A stretch of DNA of 64,000 nucleotides from Diplonema japonicum. Taxonomy: Eukaryota > Protista > Euglenozoa: Diplonemea. This document shows, in pieces, positions 22,685 through 33,657 of this stretch (the first letter of the stretch is position 1; each line of letters begins with the position of its first letter). The stretch covers positions 1 through 64,000 of the forward strand of contig OZ025761.1 in NCBI GenBank assembly GCA_964019335.1, given 5' to 3'. The notes under the pieces were generated by a model. The model searched no databases. It had not been told where the DNA came from and saw only the letters and a program-made list of their open reading frames with translations. The position numbers and the translations under genes are program-made.

Positions 22685-23544
22685 TGAGTATCACGTTGAT
22701 GTCCCCCTTCAGGCGGAATCGAGTGTTCTTCATTGTCACTTTCCTATTTTAGGTCCTTCAAATTTTTAAAGTAATGCCGAAAAAAGGGCAGCATTTAACC
22801 AAACAAAGTGGGGAAAATCGCGCCAAAATAGAGAAGGTCGCTCTATTTGACCCAAACGGTCTATGATTTTTTTTTTTTTTTTAAATCTTTTTTTCTTTTC
22901 GATGACATGTGGGTTTAGTGGTTAATGTTTTTCTTCTAAAATAAAAAAAAAAGTCTTAGAAGAAGAAAAAAAAAGAAAAACAAATATAAAAAGAGGTAAC
23001 TTTTTGTTTTCCCAAACTAAAACGAAAGGCCCAGACCCCCCCCCCCCCCCCCCCCCCATTCTGGAGGTGAGCAAAAATAGAACAAACACTATAGCCGTGT
23101 TTGCGTGTGAGACGTACAGTACAGAAAGAGAACAAAAAACAACAAAATAATAAAACCATAAGAAAAGAAAGGAGAAAGAAAGATGCCGCCTCCTGTCCTG
23201 TAACCGAAGGGTTGCGAAAAAAGAAGAAGAGCCATGTCGTGGCTGGGGGTTTTTTTAAAGAGCATTTTTTTTTTCTTTTTTTTCCCCACTCTATTTTAGG
23301 ACCGAGCCCCTCCCATTGCGGAGAGATTGCTGAACGACCTCAATTTGGAGTGAAAGAAAAAAATAAAAAAATAAAAAAAATAAAAAACCTTCTTTTGCCA
23401 ACCAAAAATTCGGGGCTAAGGGGGGGGGATAAAAACTAAGAAACTCTAGTTAAATTATGACTCTTTTTTTTCTTTTTTTTTTTCTTTTTTTTTTCTTCCT
23501 GCTTTCACCGTCTGGCAGGCAAACTATTGCATCAAAACGGTACA

Positions 23545-24176
23545 TGAGCTCGTCAGGATTAAAATGTCAACACTTTTTTTTGTTACGAAAAATTCTTGTT
23601 TTGATTATTTGAGCAAAAAAGGGCAGCATGCAACCATAGGAAGATGACATACATGGTGTACCTGTTGCCGTTCTTTCAATTGCGATGCTTGTTTTGCCAT
23701 GAGGGCCTATTTTTTGCTTTTTTTCAAGGGGTTCCTAAGGGATTTTCAGAAAAGGCCAATTCTTAACACTCGCCTGCTCATAGCTTCGACATTGGTATCT
23801 TTGGAGCAAACCTACATTCTCTACCCGGGTTTTCCTTTTTTTTTTCTTTTGCACTCATAAAACTTAAAAATTGAATTTTTTGTTTCTTTTTAAGGGGTTT
23901 TTATGAGATTTTAGCCTTAAAATAGGCCAAAACGGCACTATTTCTCCCCACCCCATTTTGATAGTGATTTAGAGTCCAGACCACCCAAGAGACCTCAAAG
24001 GTTTCACAGATTTTCAATCTGCGTCCATTCCTCCTGTCGCTTTTCACGGGAAAACGAAAATGAATTCGATAAATCTCGGTGTGGCGAGTGGGTGCTCACC
24101 GTTGTAAATAAATAAAAAATAGAGTCTGGGTTATTTGTAACTTCCAAACGTTGACATTTCTTTCCGGACGAGCTCA
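23545..24176. mobile_element. Non-autonomous TIR element (TGAGCTCGTC TIR), Tc1/mariner-like by TA flank
   Basis: TIR tgagctcgtc.gga....aaatgtcaac at both ends. A longer inverted relative lies at 57450-58464. Confidence 0.85.
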
Positions 24177-24294
24177 TATGGGGGAAAAAAAAAAGGAAAA
24201 AAAAAAGAGGTTTTTTTTTTCTTCTTTTTTTTTTCCACTTTTCTAAATCCTACCTCAGAAGCATTCTGTAGGATTTCCCCCCACCACGGTGCAA

Positions 24295-26844
24295 CTACGG
24301 TTGGAACTGCAGGCTTGGTGCGGCTCTCTCCTGGTGTATGGGAGCGTCTGTAGAATCTGAGTGTGCGCCGACAGCGTTGGGAACTTCCTCTTGGCGGTGC
24401 GGCAGTGTGCTCTCCAGGACACCATAGGACGTATCGTCGAGAACAGCCAACCTGTGAAGCGTCAGAGGGCAGGCACCGTACTTGTTGGGGTAGCAAGCAC
24501 GGACCCTCTGCATGACATGCCTGACGAGGGGATCGGCAGCGATGGCTTCCTCCAAGGCCGTGTCGACTAGCGTTGACAGGGCAGTGCTTGCAGGTGTGCG
24601 GAGCAGCTTTGTGAAGAATGTCTCAAGAGGGTGGGTGGCGGTGAAGTGTTCGTTGTAGAGCCATTCTTGGTTAGCAGAGGTGCCCACCGCTCCAAGGATC
24701 TCCCAGACAGTGGTGGAGTTGTTCCCTATGAGCTTGATCACGTCTATGCAAACCGTTTTGAAATTCGTCCGTATCACCGTCTGCGCCGTCCCGCAGCATG
24801 CGATCACAGGCCGCTCCAGCTGCACGGATAGCTCGGACGCAGACAGCCCAACCCCTTCGGCCGCTACCACCAAAGGCCCGGATATGCAAAACGCTTTCTG
24901 TTTTTTATTTCCAATGTATCCCGCCTTGCACACTCCGTACGAGACCGACATGAAGTGGTACTTGATTGACGCTTTGGCACGAAGGGCGGTGTTGGCAGCT
25001 CTTTCCGACGACCCTGTGCAGGGCGCTGTAGCGTTCCATGACATGGTGACGGTGTCCAGTGCTGTGGTGGGGATGGGGTGGATCACACCCCGCGTTTCCT
25101 GCAGGATCGCTTCCAAGCTGCTGAGAACGGGCCCGACCTTTGCGGGCCCCCCCCCATCCAGGTGGGCTAGCCGGATGGTTAGCACAGCAGCACGCACAGT
25201 TTCCAACGACAGAGAGAATGACACCCGTTGGGTGTACGTCATGGAACTCGACCGTGAGAAGGAGTGCAGCCTCATTGCCAATGTGGTGGCGGGGCCATCG
25301 TTGTAAGAAGTGTCCGACCCAGACTTGTCGGGGGGCTGCAGGGGGTTCTCCGCCGTAGACGCTTGAACACTATGGTACATTGTCTTGTGCTTCACCTGCT
25401 CCGCGTCGACGGCAAACAGCGACTGCGGCAGGAACGCCTTGTACTCCTTCAGAGACTTGACCGCGGTTCGCAGCCCTTCTGTAAGATGGTGGACCTCTTG
25501 TATCTGAAGAAACGGGTGCTTCGTGAAACACGTCAGCGACAATGGAACAGAGCGGATCACATCCTCGGCATCGTCCAGCTCCATGCTGTTGATGAGCTTT
25601 GTCGCGAGAGATAGAGCGGACAACGGGCGTGCCAGGAGGAAGTACTCTGTGAGCCCCATCGCGATATCGAAGAGCACCACTATACACAAGAAGACGATGA
25701 AGAAGTAAAGAGCAGAATTAATCTGATCCTCCACGTCCGACACATCACGCATCCACACCAAGGCGATTTCACCCAAACTGTTGTCGGTATCATCGAATGT
25801 CTTGATAGGTGAGTACAGCATGCTGCCCCTGACCCAAGCCTGCCCGCCGGACACAGATACTTTTCGGAAGCCGAAATCACGCGACCGTTCAATGACACCA
25901 ACAGCACTGCCGATGCTTTCCGGGAAGGACGATAAGTTCAAAACACAACGTCTGCTGCGCTCCTGCACAAGAACAGGCATGCAGGCATTGGGAACACGCA
26001 CGTTCGAGGCCAGCACTGTGCTGCTTTCCCTGTCGATGGAATTCCACGCCACAGCGACCATGTCAGCAGGCGTGTTCAGCAACCCGAAGTCAAGCTCCCA
26101 ATTGTAAAAATCGATATACGTGGTGACGACGATCTCCTTGTCAGCGAGGAAGGTGGTGTTGACAGTGTTGGGAGGGAAGTAGTCGAACTGCGCATACCAC
26201 ACTGAAGTGTTCGAGAGAGTGACCCATGTGTACTGCCCGTTCCACCAGTGGTCGACCGTTGGGTTGAGGTGGTGCACCTTAAGAGAGCTAGACACCACGG
26301 ATGAGTTGTAATCGTAGGAAACACCAACATCAGCAAAATCATCGAGAAGGAACTGATTGATGCATATTTCTGTCGGGGGTGCTGAACCGGGCATGCACTG
26401 TCTTATTTCTGGCCGTCCCGTTGCATAGATGTAGGACAGGTTCTTGTCTTGTGGTTTATCGTACCAAGCCATCTCGGCGACGTACTCCCCTGACTGGATG
26501 TCCTTCGGGACGATGAAGATGCCGAGCGAGTAGAAGCCGCTGTTCGCTTTCACTGTTGAGATGGCTACCCACTTCGCAAGGTTCCTCCAATCGTGCACGT
26601 CCCAATCGGTTGAGTTAAGTGCCCACAAGTGGCCGCCCACTTCTCTTGCGGTTTCCTCTGCCTTCTTCATGTTGTTTTTTAGAAGTGTGTCCATTAGGGA
26701 GACGTCGCTCTGGCTCAGCTCTTTCACCGTTTTTTCAATCAGCGATTTCCCCTCGAAGTACAGCACCAAACCGCCGGCCAGAGACGCCAAGGTGCTGATC
26801 AGCCCCGTCAGCACTATCATGGAACGGACTGAAACTTTTGCCAT
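24295..26844 (-). CDS. Receptor: TM, extracellular Cache-like region, TM, HAMP-like helix, degenerate cyclase
   Basis: 849-aa ORF with two TM segments around a ~340-aa ectodomain, EYKAFLPQS linker and EWLY motif. Confidence 0.82.
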   Translation of the reverse strand: MAKVSVRSMIVLTGLISTLASLAGGLVLYFEGKSLIEKTVKELSQSDVSLMDTLLKNNMKKAEETAREVGGHLWALNSTDWDVHDWRNLAKWVAISTVKANSGFYSLGIFIVPKDIQSGEYVAEMAWYDKPQDKNLSYIYATGRPEIRQCMPGSAPPTEICINQFLLDDFADVGVSYDYNSSVVSSSLKVHHLNPTVDHWWNGQYTWVTLSNTSVWYAQFDYFPPNTVNTTFLADKEIVVTTYIDFYNWELDFGLLNTPADMVAVAWNSIDRESSTVLASNVRVPNACMPVLVQERSRRCVLNLSSFPESIGSAVGVIERSRDFGFRKVSVSGGQAWVRGSMLYSPIKTFDDTDNSLGEIALVWMRDVSDVEDQINSALYFFIVFLCIVVLFDIAMGLTEYFLLARPLSALSLATKLINSMELDDAEDVIRSVPLSLTCFTKHPFLQIQEVHHLTEGLRTAVKSLKEYKAFLPQSLFAVDAEQVKHKTMYHSVQASTAENPLQPPDKSGSDTSYNDGPATTLAMRLHSFSRSSSMTYTQRVSFSLSLETVRAAVLTIRLAHLDGGGPAKVGPVLSSLEAILQETRGVIHPIPTTALDTVTMSWNATAPCTGSSERAANTALRAKASIKYHFMSVSYGVCKAGYIGNKKQKAFCISGPLVVAAEGVGLSASELSVQLERPVIACCGTAQTVIRTNFKTVCIDVIKLIGNNSTTVWEILGAVGTSANQEWLYNEHFTATHPLETFFTKLLRTPASTALSTLVDTALEEAIAADPLVRHVMQRVRACYPNKYGACPLTLHRLAVLDDTSYGVLESTLPHRQEEVPNAVGAHSDSTDAPIHQERAAPSLQFQP

Positions 26845-26937
26845 TTTTTTTATCTTTTTTTTTTTTTTTTTTTTTTTTTTGCGAGGGAGGGGGGCCCCTG
26901 CACCCCCCCTCTCTCTCTGCCCCCCTCTCCCGCCTGT

Positions 26938-26969
<32 letters not shown>

Positions 26970-27414
26970 CTGGCGGAAAAAGAGAAAAAAATGAAATAAA
27001 TAAAATGAAGCGCGAAAAGGGGGAAAATAAAGATTTGAAAGAAAATAAAGAAGTGGTAATTATTTAATAGAATACCGGGGGGGGGGGGGGGGGATAGGAA
27101 AAGAAAGAAAGAAAGAAAGAAAGAAAGAGAAAGCGCTTGCGAGGTTTGGAAGAGAAGAAGGTGGGGGGGGGGGGGGGAGAAAACGAATTTTCAAGAACTA
27201 AATCTGTAATACGAGAGAGAGGGAGAAAAAAAAGGGGAAAAAACGTGAGGTGAGAGTATTTAAAAAAAAAAAAAAAAAAACTTTTCTTTTTTTGTTTTCT
27301 TCCTTCTTTCTTTGACTAATGTCCATAACTGTTTCTTCATTCCTCCTTTCCCCCCACAGCCAGCGAGGTCTTACGCATGGTAAAAAGCAAAAGCCCAGCG
27401 TGGGTTTCTCGGGG

Positions 27415-27445
<31 letters not shown>

Positions 27446-27884
27446 GGTGTGCAAAGTCGGGATTTCATCCTACAGAAGGTTAAAACCCGAACAAAAGTTT
27501 ATCGCTCGACACTTTTAGCAAACACCAAAAACTTTCATTTACAATGAGAGAAAAAAAGAAGAAAAAAAGAGAGAAAAATCATTTAACCCTGAAGAAGAAG
27601 ATTTAAGACTTTAGTTTAGTTCCTTTTTTTTTTTTTTTTTTTTTTTTTCTTGCCTTTTCCCCCCTTCTTTTTCCCCTTTCCCACCCGTATCTCTTTTCTC
27701 TTTTTTAACAAAACTGATACAAAGACAAAAAAAAGGGGACGAAATATATATAAAAAAAAAGAAAAGAAGGAAAAAAAAAAAGAAAACAAAACACAGCATA
27801 GGCAATGGTGCAGCAAAACACTACGGGCTGATCTGTTTTTCCTTCAAAAAAAGAAAAATAAATACATATTATAAATATATATAT

Positions 27885-28166
27885 GAGTTAAAGGAGGCCG
27901 GTGTTGGCAACGCCCTGCACAAGAACTGTCTACTTGATTACAGGGGGCGCGCCGCGGCCGAGTTGTAGCTTCTTCTGCGTTCCGCGTCGTGTCCTTAATG
28001 CGTGCGGTGTGCAACTCAACTCCAGCCGGGGCGTCCCGGGTAACCAAGATTCTGCGCTCGTGCAGTTCTTCCACTCGGGCGCTACCGGTGATGACCGACG
28101 AGGAGGTCAACAGCGAACAACACATCTGATGTTTTTTTCTTATATTTTCATGTTATCCCCACCACC
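27885..28166 (-). mobile_element. Retroposon-like element with an internally deleted HDV-like ribozyme
   Basis: Homologous to 61215-61535 and starts at the same GGTGGTG. It lacks J4/2 and the 3' strand of P2. Confidence 0.8.
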
Positions 28167-28492
28167 TTGGCACTCAAAAAAAAAAAAAAAAAAAGAGAAA
28201 AAAAAAGAATAGGAATAGAAGGAAAGTCTATTGTGGGGGCAAACATACTATTTTCTTGATTTAAAAAAAGAGAAAAAAAGTATCACCAGATAAGGAGCTA
28301 GCAACGAGAAGGGCTTCCTTTCTGCCAGAAAAGCGCTTTTGTTGTTGCCTTTTGCCGCACATTCCCGCACCCGGGAATCTGGCCAAAGACAAGGCGCATG
28401 AAAAATATTCCCCCCCCAGTGCACCTCCAGATAGGAGGGGGAAAGGGAGGGGGACGATCTTTCTTGTGCCTCCCCCGTACTGTTCAAGATGG

Positions 28493-28555
<63 letters not shown>

Positions 28556-29120
28556 GAGTTCTTTCAAAAAAAAAAAAAAGAAAAGAAATCAGCCAGCAAT
28601 TGCTCGGCAAAAAAAAGGGGGGGGGGGGAAGTACCTAAAAAAATAATGAATAACTACCGTGTTTGTACTTTACATGAAACGGAAAAAAGTTCCAAGACCG
28701 GTTTCCGCTCCAAAACATTTTCCGTTTTCCAAATTTTTTTTTTCTCTTTCATACTAGGTACAAAATACGGTAAATCGAAAAGAAAAAGAAGAAAAAAAAG
28801 GCCATGGACCGGTTCGTAACACCCAAGGCCGGAAACAACGACGGGACCAATGCAAGGCCGCTACGTGCTTACACATATCTTTTTTTTTTTTTTTTCCCTT
28901 CTTTCTTTCTCAGAAGCCCATCAACACCACAACCCTGTCTTGTATATCGTAGGAACAAGGGGTGGTACCAGGGCTTTAATTTTCCCCATTTTCTTTTTTT
29001 TTCTTTCTTTTTTTTTGCGTTCTCTCCCCCCCCCCCCCCCCCCCTCTCTTTTTGTTTTCCCTTCTTTTTGTTGTGTTAGATTGTATTTTATGTAACAAGA
29101 ATTTACGGCCGAAGCACCCA

Positions 29121-31850
29121 CTAGTCAGCGGGAACATCCTCATCCTCAAGGGCAGGGGCGGGTTCCTCCCTCACTCTCTTCTTCTTCTTCTTCTTCTTTT
29201 TAGGTGTTTCAGCAGGTTCTTCCACCGGGTCTTGAGTTGATGTTGTAGTTGCTGCTGCTGCAGGGGCAGCTGCGATGGCCACGTCGAAGGAGTGCTGAAG
29301 CGTACCGTCTGGCTTTGGGGGGCCGGAGGAGGACAAATCTTTCTCCTCGAAGGTCTCGACCACGCCTGGGTCGTCGATGGCCTCGTAGTTGAAGCCGTCC
29401 TCCAGCTCCATGTCCTGCAGCAGCTCGTCTCCAGTCCACTCGAAGTTCTTGATGACCTTCCCCTTGGTCCGCCCTCTTGAAACCTTGTCCCTCTTCTTGA
29501 AGTACCACCACCCCGCCACCATTCCCAGCACGCACACCACCAACAGTATCACCACAATTATAATAATAGGACTCCCGCCTCCTCCGGCGGGCGCTTCCGT
29601 ATCCGGCGCCAAGGTGCCCAGCCCTGGTGCCGGGTTTTTCGGCGACAGTGTCGCTGGCCTCATGGTGGTCCCTGGCACCAGGGTGCTCGGCGACAGTGTG
29701 TTCGGCTGTGCAGTGATGTCCGGCGACAGGGTCCCTGGGACGGCTGTGCTCCATGTTTTGACGTCAGGGGACAGTGTGTTCGGTTGAGCAGTGACATCAG
29801 GTGACAGGGTCGCGGGCACAGCAGTCACAGTGTTGTTGCTGATGTTGGGCGCCAGCGTGTTTGGCACTGCTGTGACGGAGGGGGACAAGGTGCCAGGCAC
29901 GACTGTGGGCACAGATGGGGGTGCCACCGTGTTTGGAAGAGCTGTAAGGTCCGGGGAGAGCGTGCCAGGCACCGTAGTCGTCCCAGGGACAAGCGTCCTC
30001 GGCGGCAGCGTGTTGGGAGTAGCTGTTGGTGGAACCTTGGTTACCGGGACTTGCGGTACCGTATCAGGTGCTTTCGTGTCAGGATTCGCTGTTGGGGGTG
30101 CTTTCGTGCCAGGTGCTTTGGTGTCAGGTGCTTCCGTGTCAGGAGCCGTGGTGATGCTGACAGGAGGGATTGTAGGAGGTGCTCCCGTGTCAGGAGCTTT
30201 GGTGGCGGGGATTGGGAGTGCTGTGGGAACCAGAGTGTTGGGTGGCTGTGTACTGGGCACCACTTTCGGTGTTTGAGTTGGTGGCACCTGTGATGTTGGG
30301 GGTGTTGTGTCGGGGGCTGTGGTAGGCACTGCTGTTACCGGCGGCTGTGTTTGCGGCGGCTGCGTGACCGGTGCCCCTGTACGCGGGGCTGGAGTAAGTG
30401 GTGGCTGAGTATGTGGTGGCTGTGTTTGCGGGGGCATGGTCTGCGGCGGGGATGTGTGTGCTGGCTGTGTCGCGGGTGGCATCGTAGGCGGAGAAGTCAC
30501 AGGAACCTGTGTCTTCGGCACGTCTGTAGGTGGGGACAGGGTGTCAGGGGGCTGCGTTGAAGGTACGCCTGTCTTCGGGACCAAGGTGCTTGGGGGTTGG
30601 GTGTCAGGAGACTGCGTGACAGGAGACTGCGTGTCAGGTGACTGCGTGACAGGAGGCTGCGTGTCAGGTGACTGCGTGACAGGTATTTGTGTAGATGGTG
30701 GGGGTGTCTTCGGTGCTGGCGTGTTGGGACTCGGTGTGAGGGGCGCAAGTGTTTGCTTCGGGCAGCCCTTGGGTGAAGGGCTAGTATCCTTCCACTTTCC
30801 GCCTGCACCGCACGTGATCCAGCTGTCAGCGACCGGAACGCCCCCCCAGCAAGTGTACTGACAGCTGGTCCCTAAGCTTGTGGTGCTAGTGCATGGGAGG
30901 AGGACACCACCGATGTTAGGATCGATGTCGTGATTGTTCGATGAGTCAGGGAGACCGCACGTGCTCGTCTCTGAAACGCATGAAAAGCTGGTGGTCCATT
31001 CAGCCTTGTGGGGTTCGGTCTCCTTGCAGATGACCTGCCCGACACCCTTGTAGCCGACGTCGCAACGCACGGGGCACACGGTGCCAGCAGGAATTTCTGT
31101 ACGAGATCCGTTGCAGGAGGTGAGTGTGCTGGGGACAATGTGGTCAAGTGTGATGTTGGGCTCGTTGGTACAGGTGCCGTTTCCACCAGTGGCAACGGAG
31201 ATGTCTACGAACCAGTGCTTGTCCTTTGACATGGAGCAGGGGTATTTCGAGTCTACTAGGCCGCTCCCGGGAGAGAGGATGAAGTCGACGTCATCGGTCC
31301 ACATCTCGAACCTCCCAGAGATGTCCGACTTCAAGACAACAGCGTACCAGGAGGTAATGCGTAAACCTTCCCAGGCATTGCTGCCTGTTTCCTGGCAGCC
31401 ATACACCGGTTGGGTACCGCTCCTTGCTTCGGCTACAACTTCTTCGTTTGGGTCCCTGTCGTAACAAAAGACCCTACTGTCTGGGAGCACTGCGTACCAT
31501 CCATGCGTGTGGTCCCTGAGGTCGGTGCAGCGTGACTTTAGGTTCAGCTCGTACCTATCCACTGTGCCGTTGACGGCGTAGACATCTGTTGCGGGGTCCG
31601 GTTCTGTCACGTTGCAGAAGTCGGTGAAGTTTGCGACTACTAGGTTACCGCTAGGAGACTTGATGTAGCCCTGCCCAGGCACCGTGGCGTTGGGAATCTG
31701 ATCTGTGTGGTATGTGGCCAACCACAGTGTCACAATATCCGGTTGACTGGGCGAAGTAGACGTGCAGACCTCAACGATGTGCCCCTCGCAGCAGAAGAAT
31801 GTCAACAACACGACTGCAGCAGCCAACAAAGGCTGCGCGGTTCTGCGCAT
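29121..31850 (-). CDS. Type I surface protein: signal peptide, two sushi/CCP-like modules, Pro/Thr mucin-like stalk (TxxP repeats), TM, acidic/basic tail
   Basis: C..C.VGY.G....C....W pattern occurs twice, followed by >400 aa of TxxP repeats and one TM (IIIIVVILLVVCVLGMVAGWWYF). Confidence 0.88.
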   Translation of the reverse strand: MRRTAQPLLAAAVVLLTFFCCEGHIVEVCTSTSPSQPDIVTLWLATYHTDQIPNATVPGQGYIKSPSGNLVVANFTDFCNVTEPDPATDVYAVNGTVDRYELNLKSRCTDLRDHTHGWYAVLPDSRVFCYDRDPNEEVVAEARSGTQPVYGCQETGSNAWEGLRITSWYAVVLKSDISGRFEMWTDDVDFILSPGSGLVDSKYPCSMSKDKHWFVDISVATGGNGTCTNEPNITLDHIVPSTLTSCNGSRTEIPAGTVCPVRCDVGYKGVGQVICKETEPHKAEWTTSFSCVSETSTCGLPDSSNNHDIDPNIGGVLLPCTSTTSLGTSCQYTCWGGVPVADSWITCGAGGKWKDTSPSPKGCPKQTLAPLTPSPNTPAPKTPPPSTQIPVTQSPDTQPPVTQSPDTQSPVTQSPDTQPPSTLVPKTGVPSTQPPDTLSPPTDVPKTQVPVTSPPTMPPATQPAHTSPPQTMPPQTQPPHTQPPLTPAPRTGAPVTQPPQTQPPVTAVPTTAPDTTPPTSQVPPTQTPKVVPSTQPPNTLVPTALPIPATKAPDTGAPPTIPPVSITTAPDTEAPDTKAPGTKAPPTANPDTKAPDTVPQVPVTKVPPTATPNTLPPRTLVPGTTTVPGTLSPDLTALPNTVAPPSVPTVVPGTLSPSVTAVPNTLAPNISNNTVTAVPATLSPDVTAQPNTLSPDVKTWSTAVPGTLSPDITAQPNTLSPSTLVPGTTMRPATLSPKNPAPGLGTLAPDTEAPAGGGGSPIIIIVVILLVVCVLGMVAGWWYFKKRDKVSRGRTKGKVIKNFEWTGDELLQDMELEDGFNYEAIDDPGVVETFEEKDLSSSGPPKPDGTLQHSFDVAIAAAPAAAATTTSTQDPVEEPAETPKKKKKKKKRVREEPAPALEDEDVPAD

Positions 31851-32151
31851 ATTTTTCTTTTTTTTTTTTTTTGTACTCCTTTATGTTTCTCTTTTTTTTT
31901 GGGGGGGGGAAATCTAAAAATAAGTATCAAGAAAAGGGAAGATAAAATAAATAAACACCCTTGGTACCGTGGTACGCTAGCCTTGATTCCACACATGGGC
32001 GGGCGTTCTACGTCCGATCGAAAGCGGCCTACAGGCCCCACACTCTGTGCTATTATTACTTTTTGTTGATGTTGTGAAACAAAAACGCTTGTAAGTATCT
32101 AAATCAAACAAACTTTAAACCCGATCGGGCGAAAAAAAGAAACAAGGGAAA

Positions 32152-33195
32152 TCAGCACAGAACACAGCACTTTCCTGGCCGTCTGCGTTCCATGAATGGT
32201 ACCTTGTTGCATCTCCGCATGAAGTCATCCCCGACATCTGTGACGCCCTTCCTCAGGTGCCCGAGGTTTGCGGTGGTCAGAGAACTGCAGCCAGATAGAA
32301 AGCCGTCCCCCAGCTTTGTCAGGTTTCGCATTGCACTGAAGTCAACAGAAGTGAGGGAGGTGCAATTTCTGAGAAAGAAGTCGCCCACCGACACCACGTC
32401 ACGAAGGCCAAGATCCACAGAAGTGAGGGAACTGCAATAGTTAAGAAACCAATGACCGACCCCCCTAACATTCCGAAGGGGGCTCAAGTCAAGGGTCTTA
32501 AGTGACTTGCAATAAGCCATGAAGCCGCCACCTACCTCCGTCACGTTCTGAAGGGGTCCCAGATCCACCTCTGTCAGGGAATTGCAGTCAGCGAGGAAGC
32601 TGTAGTTGGTGTACGTGATGTCGCGAAGGGGGGTGAGATCAATGGCCTGCAACAACGTGCATCCAGCTAGAAATCTTTTTCCAACTTTCCGAACACACTG
32701 AAGGGAGGTGAGGTCAAGGGTGACAAGGGACCGGCACTCAAACAAAAAGCCATCCGCAATGGATGTCACACACTGCTTGGGGTCCGTCATCTGTAGGTGA
32801 CGAAGGCCAGAAGGGAGGTACGCTGCGTGAAGCTCAAGACAGTCCACACCCGATACCTCCACCTGAAGAAGAAGGCCAGGGTCCTCCTCCAAACGCTGTT
32901 CTATCGCCTCCTTTGTCTCCTCTGAAGACAGCTCCTGTGAAAGGACACACATCGTGTTGCGGACATTGCAGCAGAGAAGGAGCTCGCACCCCTCCCACAT
33001 CCCAAGGTGCTGTATCTCATTCCCACCGAGAGTCTCGTCCAGTTCTTCACCTTCGAAGTGCAAGAGGAAGGTTCCCACCTCTACTCCAGCAGCCTCCCCT
33101 GCCTTCTTGTACAAGTCCTTCACAGTGTCACGGCCTCCCAGCTCTACCTCGTGCGTCTTGTTGTTCTCCATCCTGATGAACACCGTCAGGCTCAT
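32152..33195 (-). CDS. Ubiquitin-like domain + 25-aa BspA-like LRRs + CaaX
   Basis: N-terminal LTVFIR..THEVEL..DTVKDL Ubl pattern, repeats SL..lDl.PL.NV..VG..FL..C, and C-terminus RRRPGKCCVLC. Confidence 0.85.
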   Translation of the reverse strand: MSLTVFIRMENNKTHEVELGGRDTVKDLYKKAGEAAGVEVGTFLLHFEGEELDETLGGNEIQHLGMWEGCELLLCCNVRNTMCVLSQELSSEETKEAIEQRLEEDPGLLLQVEVSGVDCLELHAAYLPSGLRHLQMTDPKQCVTSIADGFLFECRSLVTLDLTSLQCVRKVGKRFLAGCTLLQAIDLTPLRDITYTNYSFLADCNSLTEVDLGPLQNVTEVGGGFMAYCKSLKTLDLSPLRNVRGVGHWFLNYCSSLTSVDLGLRDVVSVGDFFLRNCTSLTSVDFSAMRNLTKLGDGFLSGCSSLTTANLGHLRKGVTDVGDDFMRRCNKVPFMERRRPGKCCVLC

Positions 33196-33306
33196 ATTTT
33201 TCTTTTTTTTCTTCTTCTCTTTCCTTTTTTTTCTCTTTTGCCGGTCAAGGTTTGCCTTATTCTTGTCTCTCTACCGAGCACCCGTAACACTGGCACAAAC
33301 TTTCTT

Positions 33307-33372
33307 GAAATGACTCGCTTAAGGGGAGGTGTCGTTACGCACCTAGACCCGGCCAAAGGTCTTGCTTCCCCT
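33307..33372. repeat. Dispersed repeat C, three-helix form
   Basis: agggga/tcccct encloses aggtg/cacct (overlapping the outer helix by one base) and agacc/ggtct. Confidence 0.75.
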
Positions 33373-33607
33373 GTCAAAAAAGAAGTCGTCTTTCTTTTTT
33401 TTAAAAGAGAGAGGTTAAAATATAAAGAAAATAAAGAAAAAGTACGCAAAGAAAAAGGAGGGAGAAAGAGAAAAAGAAACTGGTTCAAAGACACGGTGGT
33501 GTTTTCGATGAACGGGACGAAATATTTATTTTATTTTTTTTTTTTCTTTCTTTCTGTACCCATATCGAGGACGCCTTTTGTCTTGAGAAAACGTGTTGTC
33601 AGTATCG

Positions 33608-33643
<36 letters not shown>

Positions 33644-33657
33644 AGGGAGGTGAATGT

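Noticed and set aside
28089-28130. C/D box snoRNA (GTGATGA...CTGA) on the plus strand
   Set aside because: Only ~42 nt long, and the C-box-like sequence is better explained as the antisense of ribozyme P1'/P3'.
27901-28212. Plus-strand ORF vaguely resembling a LINE C-terminal CCHC finger
   Set aside because: His and Cys spacing is missing and it is antisense to the ribozyme-defined orientation.
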